A program made the position numbers and the translations under genes. Of a stretch of 12,155 nucleotides of DNA, positions 7,539 through 12,155 are shown one piece after another. The notes under the pieces were generated by a model. It was not told where the DNA came from. It did not search any database and worked only from the letters and a program-made list of their open reading frames with translations. The stretch's first letter is position 1, and every line of letters begins with the position of its first letter. The DNA is from Fibrobacterota bacterium (GTDB taxonomy: Bacteria > Fibrobacterota > Fibrobacteria > UBA11236), in contig JAYUVP010000173.1 of assembly GCA_043753995.1 (NCBI GenBank), positions 1 through 12,155 on the forward strand. The letters run 5' to 3'.

Positions 7539-7861
7539 CCGATATCGAAAAAAACCAAGGCCAGGGCGAAGCCTCCACCGACACGGCCACCCAAACCACA
7601 CCTTCGTATAAAATTGTGCTCTTCAACGATGAGGAACACACCTATGACTATGTGGTTGAATTACTGACACGAGTGTGCAAGCTGTCACGTGAAAATGCAT
7701 TTCGTTGCGCGGTAGAAGTCGATATGACCGGCCGCACCATTGTGTATTACGGATCGCAGTCGGATTGCGAAAAAGTCTGCAAGCAAATCCTGAAATTCGG
7801 CCCTGATCACCGTTTGCCGCATAGCATGTCCTCGATGAATGCCGAAGTCCAAGGCCATTGA
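7535..7861 (+). CDS. clpS: ATP-dependent Clp protease adaptor ClpS (non-canonical pocket)
   Basis: Flexible N-terminal extension then YKIVLFNDEEHTYDYVVELLTRVCKLSRENAFRCAVEVDMTGRTIVYYGS, matching the ClpS core pattern. Confidence 0.88.
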   Translation: MTDIEKNQGQGEASTDTATQTTPSYKIVLFNDEEHTYDYVVELLTRVCKLSRENAFRCAVEVDMTGRTIVYYGSQSDCEKVCKQILKFGPDHRLPHSMSSMNAEVQGH

Positions 7862-7939
7862 GGCTGCGCTTTTATCGCTTTACGACGGTTGTCGATTCTT
7901 TTTCGCCGCCTTCTCTCCCAAATTTTTTCTGTGGATTTC

Positions 7940-7969
7940 TTGCATGCCACTACCGTCTATTGTTACCTT
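7940..7969 (+). promoter_or_regulatory. Putative sigma70 promoter for the HU/IHF gene
   Basis: TTGCAT (7940-7945), 18-bp spacer, extended -10 TGtTACCTT (7961-7969), with a T-tract upstream. Confidence 0.5.
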
Positions 7970-8008
7970 CGCCCTATCCACCACAAGATGTTGGGGTAGG
8001 AGGTCGGT

Positions 8009-8368
8009 TTGAAGAATGTCACCAAGCAAGACCTAATCCAAGAGGCGGCCAAGTCCAGTGGACATGCCCAAATCGAGGTTCGTGAGGTCAGCGAGCATTT
8101 CATGCGGGTCGTAAGCGAGTTTCTCGCCCAGGATGCCACCATCGAAATTCGCGGATTCGGCACCTTCTACGCCAAGGAGCGTAAGCCCCGCCCCGCGCGC
8201 AATCCGCGCACCGGTGAGGTTTGCCCCCTAGGTCGTCGTCGTGTAGCCCTATTCCGCTTTTCGGCGGATATGAAGGATCGCATTCGCGATGTGCCGGAAT
8301 TGGTCGAGACCTTGGAGCGCGTCGAGGCCATGCCCGAACTCGCCACCCGAGCCTCGCTAGAATTTTAA
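8009..8368 (+). CDS. HU/IHF-family DNA-binding protein (IHF-beta-like) with C-terminal extension
   Basis: VTKQDLI...IEIRGFGTF...ARNPRTGE...FRFS; TTG start with SD AGGAGG at 7998-8003. Confidence 0.92.
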   Translation: MKNVTKQDLIQEAAKSSGHAQIEVREVSEHFMRVVSEFLAQDATIEIRGFGTFYAKERKPRPARNPRTGEVCPLGRRRVALFRFSADMKDRIRDVPELVETLERVEAMPELATRASLEF

Positions 8369-8392
8369 AGACTCTCGTACTCGAAACTTAAT

Positions 8393-8436
8393 GGGCAAGT
8401 TCGCGCTGAAGTTGAAGCGCGAACTTGCCCGTTTGT
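8393..8436 (+). terminator. Long hairpin, probable intrinsic terminator of the HU/IHF gene
   Basis: GGGCAAGTTCGCGCT (8393-8407), 8-nt loop, AGCGCGAACTTGCCC (8416-8430): perfect 15-bp stem followed by GTTTGT. Confidence 0.65.
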
Positions 8437-8460
8437 CCGCGGCCACCGGTCCAGCAGGTA

Positions 8461-8469
8461 TGGTACACT
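8461..8469 (+). promoter_or_regulatory. Extended -10 promoter TGgTACACT
   Basis: TGn-TACACT downstream of the hairpin and 6 nt before in-frame GTG 8476; no good -35. Confidence 0.45.
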
Positions 8470-8475
8470 GCCCGG

Positions 8476-9897
8476 GTGGAGCGCTTCCCGTTCACGTTTT
8501 CAAACCGGCCTTTCCGCCTTCGCTTTCTTAGCCGAAGCCTCCTTCGCTTGGCCTTCGCATTGGGCCTGCCTTCCGCTCCTTTACTGGTCGCCCCTTTTGC
8601 AGCCGAACCGCTTTTGATTGTAGGCAAGGGTGATGCGCGACTCAAAGGGGCCTTCTCCACCGGTTTTCTGGAATCGCCCCTGGATGCTCCCCAGAAGGGT
8701 GGCGAAATTCTGCTCGATCTCAATTTGCCGGTGAATGTGTCGGCGGTGGTGCAGCGCGCTTTCGATGATGCCAGCGATTCGGCGGTTTTAACACCGCAAT
8801 TCTTGACCGGTATTTCGCAATTGATGAATGCCCAAGTGAAGGTAGCCGCGCCCATTTGGGGAGGAACTTTTGTCTTCGCCGCACGCGAAAATGCCGGACT
8901 CGTCGTGGATGGAGCCTTGGGCGATGTGGCCTTTAAGTTCGACACCACTCTGGAGTCGGGTGGCTTCATCAAACTCAAGGGCGGCATTCATTTGCCCTTG
9001 CATACCGAAATTCGCTGGCGATCCCTGTCTTTCGGCTATGCCTATTCGCCGCTTTCCTGGCTACGCTTGGCCTTTCAAGTGCATAAACACATGGTCGACG
9101 CGCGTATGTCCGGGGATTTGGAGCCCGATATCAGCGGTCGCATTGGTGTCGGCGATGGCGGCGGCACCTCCTTTGCCGTGGATTATCCCTCCACCAAGGT
9201 TTATGGTGCTGCTTCGGGGCAATATAGCGGTGGCGCTTGGAGCCCGGAAATGGGCGTGCAATTGGGACCCATTCGCTATGTCGCGCGCATGGGGACCCGC
9301 GTGAAAGCCAAAGGCCATCTCGACTTTGAATGGCAAGTGCCTTTTTTCATCGACCCCGAGTCCTTTGATATGACTATCTCCCAACCCGACTCCTTTCTCG
9401 CGGCCGATAATTTACGCCGCTTATTGGGCTCGGAAACCGAGGGCCGCCATTATCGCTTTCGTGATCCAGTGGAATTGCGTCTGCCGGCGACTCATAGTTT
9501 CGCCGTCGAATTTCTCAGCCGACGCATGCGGCTTTCCTATACCCGCGTCATTGGTGCCGTGTCTTCGCGGGCCAATCCCTTGCCGCAAGCCGAGCAGGAC
9601 AGCACCGATCTCGACTTGGCGGGCGTGCTCAATGCCGGTTTATGGCCCGATCATGTTCTGCTACTCTCCGGAGAATTCAGTCGCTTTCGATTCACGCTCG
9701 GAGCCTTTGCCGCTAATTTGAGTTTTGACCAGGATCAAAACCTGCTCTCCGATCTTTTTCCCCTGGAAATAGACGGCGATCCCGTAGCACCAGTATTACA
9801 ACTGGGCCTCCTCTGGGGCAGTCCCGTGCAGATTTCCCTTGATGCCGACATCATGCCCATCCCCGCGGTGAGAACGGGAGTGCGCTATGCGTTTTAA
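8476..9897 (+). CDS. Putative outer-membrane beta-barrel protein of unknown family
   Basis: Signal-peptide-like N-terminus (Arg-rich, hydrophobic, ..PFAA|EP), many alternating amphipathic strands (SLSFGYAYSP, LRLAFQVHKH, RMRLSYTR, VLQLGLLWG) and C-terminal beta-signal TGVRYAF. The ORF-track TTG 8425 lies inside the terminator stem, so GTG 8476 is preferred; start uncertain. Confidence 0.7.
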   Translation: MERFPFTFSNRPFRLRFLSRSLLRLAFALGLPSAPLLVAPFAAEPLLIVGKGDARLKGAFSTGFLESPLDAPQKGGEILLDLNLPVNVSAVVQRAFDDASDSAVLTPQFLTGISQLMNAQVKVAAPIWGGTFVFAARENAGLVVDGALGDVAFKFDTTLESGGFIKLKGGIHLPLHTEIRWRSLSFGYAYSPLSWLRLAFQVHKHMVDARMSGDLEPDISGRIGVGDGGGTSFAVDYPSTKVYGAASGQYSGGAWSPEMGVQLGPIRYVARMGTRVKAKGHLDFEWQVPFFIDPESFDMTISQPDSFLAADNLRRLLGSETEGRHYRFRDPVELRLPATHSFAVEFLSRRMRLSYTRVIGAVSSRANPLPQAEQDSTDLDLAGVLNAGLWPDHVLLLSGEFSRFRFTLGAFAANLSFDQDQNLLSDLFPLEIDGDPVAPVLQLGLLWGSPVQISLDADIMPIPAVRTGVRYAF

Positions 9898-12155
9898 ACC
9901 CTCGCATCCTCCCACGGCCTGCTGGCCTGCGATCCTCGGTTTGGCCGCCCTATTTGCCTTTGCAACGGCTTCAGCCTGGGCGGCGAACTCGGCCTTGGTT
10001 TTCTTAAGCGTTCCCACCAGTGAAGTGCGGCAGGACACCACCCTTCGCCTTTCCATCGCTTCCCGTAACTCCGGAGATACCCTCAAGGCCGGTTGCGCTT
10101 TATTCGCAGGACCAGCTCCCGCGGGTGCCGCCATAGCCGGGCACCCCAATCGCCTGCCCCGCGTCACCGACACCGAAGGCCCCAATCGCACTCGCATCCT
10201 CACCTTTAGGCCTATTGATCTCGACACGAGCCTGCCGGGTTCCCCTTCCCAGCTTTCCTTGGGCATTCACTACCTGGTTGCCGCCTGTCCCGATACGGGA
10301 TCGAGAGTCACTCCGGAAATTCCCATTCGGGTAGTCACTACCCAGCCCTCCACCATTTTGACCCCACGCGCCACCGAGACCAATCCCCGCCCGGAAATCA
10401 GCTGGACCGCCGTGCCTGGCGTGCCCGCCTATCATTTGCTCCTTTCCGATCAAGCCTTGCAAATCGATCCCCAGGGAGGCGGTGTTTCGGGTGCGAGCGT
10501 GATTTGGCAAGCTATTGTAACGGGCACGCGTATCACCTATGGAACTCCCGATCCCTCAGGAAATTTTTCCCAGGTGCCCGCCCCGCCACTTTCTCCGGGA
10601 GTGCCTTATAACCTGGTGGTCTTGAACAATTATGATGGACGAAGCGCCGTCGCTACCTCCACCCGTTCGCAGGGGCTTCGGCTTTTCACCCTTACGCCCA
10701 AGGGCAGTCCACCAGGAAAGCCGACTCTGGTCGCTCCCACGGCCGGAGCGAAATTCGCCGCTCCCAAGGACAGCCAAATCGTCTTTCGCTGGACACCTTC
10801 GAAAGGTGGAGACGAAGTCAATGTATACCGGCTCTATGTTTATGCCGCCGAAAACCAGCAGGGAAGTACCGTGCTCTTGCCGGTATGGCAAGGCGAATAT
10901 ACCGACACCTCGGCCGTGCTTGATGCGCGCCGGACCCTTTTGACACAACGCTATGTCGCCAAGGTTTTCGCCGTTACCGCCGCCGGCCTCACGGCCGTGA
11001 GCGATACCCTTTCCTTCGCCTATACCAATAAGGTGCAGACCCTTTCGGTGGCGGCCAAAGGCCCCAATGGAGCCGGCGACACCGTCATGCTGGACAATGT
11101 GCGCGTCACCGTGACGCCCGTGACAGGCAGTGGGCAACCTTTTCCCTTGTTCACCGTGGGCAATCAACGGGTTGAAAAAGTCCTGGCGAGCGGAAGCTAT
11201 TTGCTTGACTTCACCAAGGAAGGCTATTTGAGCGATAGGCGCACCGTGGATTTGAGCGGGCAGGGTATTGTTCAGGTTACGGGGGCCCTGTCCCTGTCCT
11301 CTTGTCAAATCCAGGCACGGGCAGTCGGCAATGAAGGCCAACCTATTGACAATGCCTTGGCTCGCCTAACGAATGAAACCGGGGGACTCCTTGAGTCGCG
11401 CAGCGATGCCGGGGGTCGCGTGGTGGTCGGCGTGAAGCCCGGTCGTTTTCGGTTCTCGCTTTCACGCGACGACTATACTCCCCGCCCCGATACCCTTTTG
11501 GATTTATCGGCGGGGCAAATCCTCAATCTCGGCACCCTCATCCTGAATCGCGCCACGGGTTTGCTGGCGGGTTCGGTGGCGAGTGACGCGGGCAATTTGC
11601 CGGGAGCCAAAATCACCGTGAGCGACGAGAATGGAAACCTCCTGCGGTCCCTGCTCAGCGACGGAAACGGACGCTTTCAGGCCCTTATGCCGCCCGGCGC
11701 CTATGTCGTGACCGCCGCCTTCGCGGGCATGGTCGGGGCGCAACAATCCATCACCTTGAAGCAAAGCGCCGAAATGCGTTTTCTGCTACAAGCTGGAGCC
11801 AGCATCGTCCGCGGCCGGGTACGCCTCCGGGTTTTGGGTAGCGGCGATCCACCCTCTCCGGTCAAGGGAGCCCGCATACGCCTGGGGCAAAGCGGAGGTG
11901 GTAACGTTCAAGCTACCCTCACCGACGTCAATGGGGAGTTTTCTTTTTCCACCGCCGAATCAGGCGACTTTTATCTTGCCGCCTCGCTGGATGGGGAAGC
12001 CGATCCGGATTCGGTGGCTTTCACCCTGGGCGAAGAGCGCGTGACAGTGGAGCGTGATCTCACCTTGCGGGCCTTGCTGAATCTGCAAGGGCCAGTCACC
12101 TTGAATCCCGATACGGCCCTCGACCCTTCGGCGCTGAATATTGTCCTCATAGACA
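9887..12155 (+). CDS. Large secreted protein with FN3/Ig-like domains and tandem carboxypeptidase-regulatory-like repeats; 3'-partial
   Basis: Hand-translated: ATG 9887 after SD GGGAG, 756 codons with no stop to the window end. Signal peptide MRFK...LGLAALFAFATASAWA|AN; FN3-like PEISWTAVPGVPAYHL and PGKPTLVAP..IVFRWTP..YRLYV; ~85-aa repeats such as LAGSVASDAGNLPGAKITV..SDGNGRF..PPGAYVVTAAFAG and VRGRV..PVKGARIRL..TDVNGEFSF. Confidence 0.88.
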   Translation, partial: MRFKPSHPPTACWPAILGLAALFAFATASAWAANSALVFLSVPTSEVRQDTTLRLSIASRNSGDTLKAGCALFAGPAPAGAAIAGHPNRLPRVTDTEGPNRTRILTFRPIDLDTSLPGSPSQLSLGIHYLVAACPDTGSRVTPEIPIRVVTTQPSTILTPRATETNPRPEISWTAVPGVPAYHLLLSDQALQIDPQGGGVSGASVIWQAIVTGTRITYGTPDPSGNFSQVPAPPLSPGVPYNLVVLNNYDGRSAVATSTRSQGLRLFTLTPKGSPPGKPTLVAPTAGAKFAAPKDSQIVFRWTPSKGGDEVNVYRLYVYAAENQQGSTVLLPVWQGEYTDTSAVLDARRTLLTQRYVAKVFAVTAAGLTAVSDTLSFAYTNKVQTLSVAAKGPNGAGDTVMLDNVRVTVTPVTGSGQPFPLFTVGNQRVEKVLASGSYLLDFTKEGYLSDRRTVDLSGQGIVQVTGALSLSSCQIQARAVGNEGQPIDNALARLTNETGGLLESRSDAGGRVVVGVKPGRFRFSLSRDDYTPRPDTLLDLSAGQILNLGTLILNRATGLLAGSVASDAGNLPGAKITVSDENGNLLRSLLSDGNGRFQALMPPGAYVVTAAFAGMVGAQQSITLKQSAEMRFLLQAGASIVRGRVRLRVLGSGDPPSPVKGARIRLGQSGGGNVQATLTDVNGEFSFSTAESGDFYLAASLDGEADPDSVAFTLGEERVTVERDLTLRALLNLQGPVTLNPDTALDPSALNIVLID
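11033..12155 (+). repeat. Four complete plus one partial degenerate protein-level repeats (~80-90 aa; starts near 11033, 11300, 11555, 11798, 12074)
   Basis: Recurring pattern [IL]xGxV...P[ILV]xxAx[IV]x[LV]...[TS]DxxGxF...[PS]GxYx[LV]....GY; little nucleotide-level identity is visible. Confidence 0.7.

Noticed and set aside
7858..8085. 75-aa ORF between clpS and the HU/IHF gene
   Set aside because: Runs through promoter-like, T-rich DNA and overlaps the HU/IHF gene out of frame; not protein-like.
8425..8475. ORF-track TTG start for the barrel gene
   Set aside because: Lies within the hairpin stem and upstream of the candidate promoter, and would give an implausibly long signal peptide.
9796..11764. 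Minus-strand ORFs (156, 136, 261, 63, 86 aa) and the 103-aa plus ORF
   Set aside because: All explained as shadows of the large plus-strand gene starting at 9887.
1..12155. CRISPR array, tRNA/rRNA, IS or prophage genes
   Set aside because: No regularly spaced nucleotide repeats, RNA-gene signatures or transposase/integrase motifs seen; intergenic gaps are short and mostly explained.

Overview
Bacterial chromosomal window, moderately GC-rich. Several protein signatures suggest an FCB-group organism, possibly Fibrobacterota (weak inference). Left to right: the 3' two-thirds of gcvP; a ~0.93-kb accessory patch holding a decayed vapC relic on the minus strand (not in the ORF track) and an intact Phd/YefM-PIN (vapBC) pair with a palindromic operator, bracketed by an 11-bp direct repeat containing both the gcvP and vapC stop codons; a DUF1801 gene; a minus-strand operon (2-TM hypothetical, gcvH, renalase-like flavoprotein); a stand-alone murD with atypical motifs; a hypothetical gene coupled to a non-canonical clpS; an HU/IHF gene ending in a perfect 15-bp hairpin; and a coupled pair made of a putative outer-membrane beta-barrel and a large secreted FN3-like/carboxypeptidase-regulatory-like repeat protein (>756 aa, absent from the ORF track because it runs off the window). 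No rRNA, tRNA, CRISPR array, integrase or transposase is evident. The best candidates for undescribed biology are the barrel plus giant surface protein pair, the repeat-flanked toxin-antitoxin turnover site, the ClpS variant with its partner, and the gcvH-renalase linkage. All family calls come from motif recognition by eye, with no database searches.
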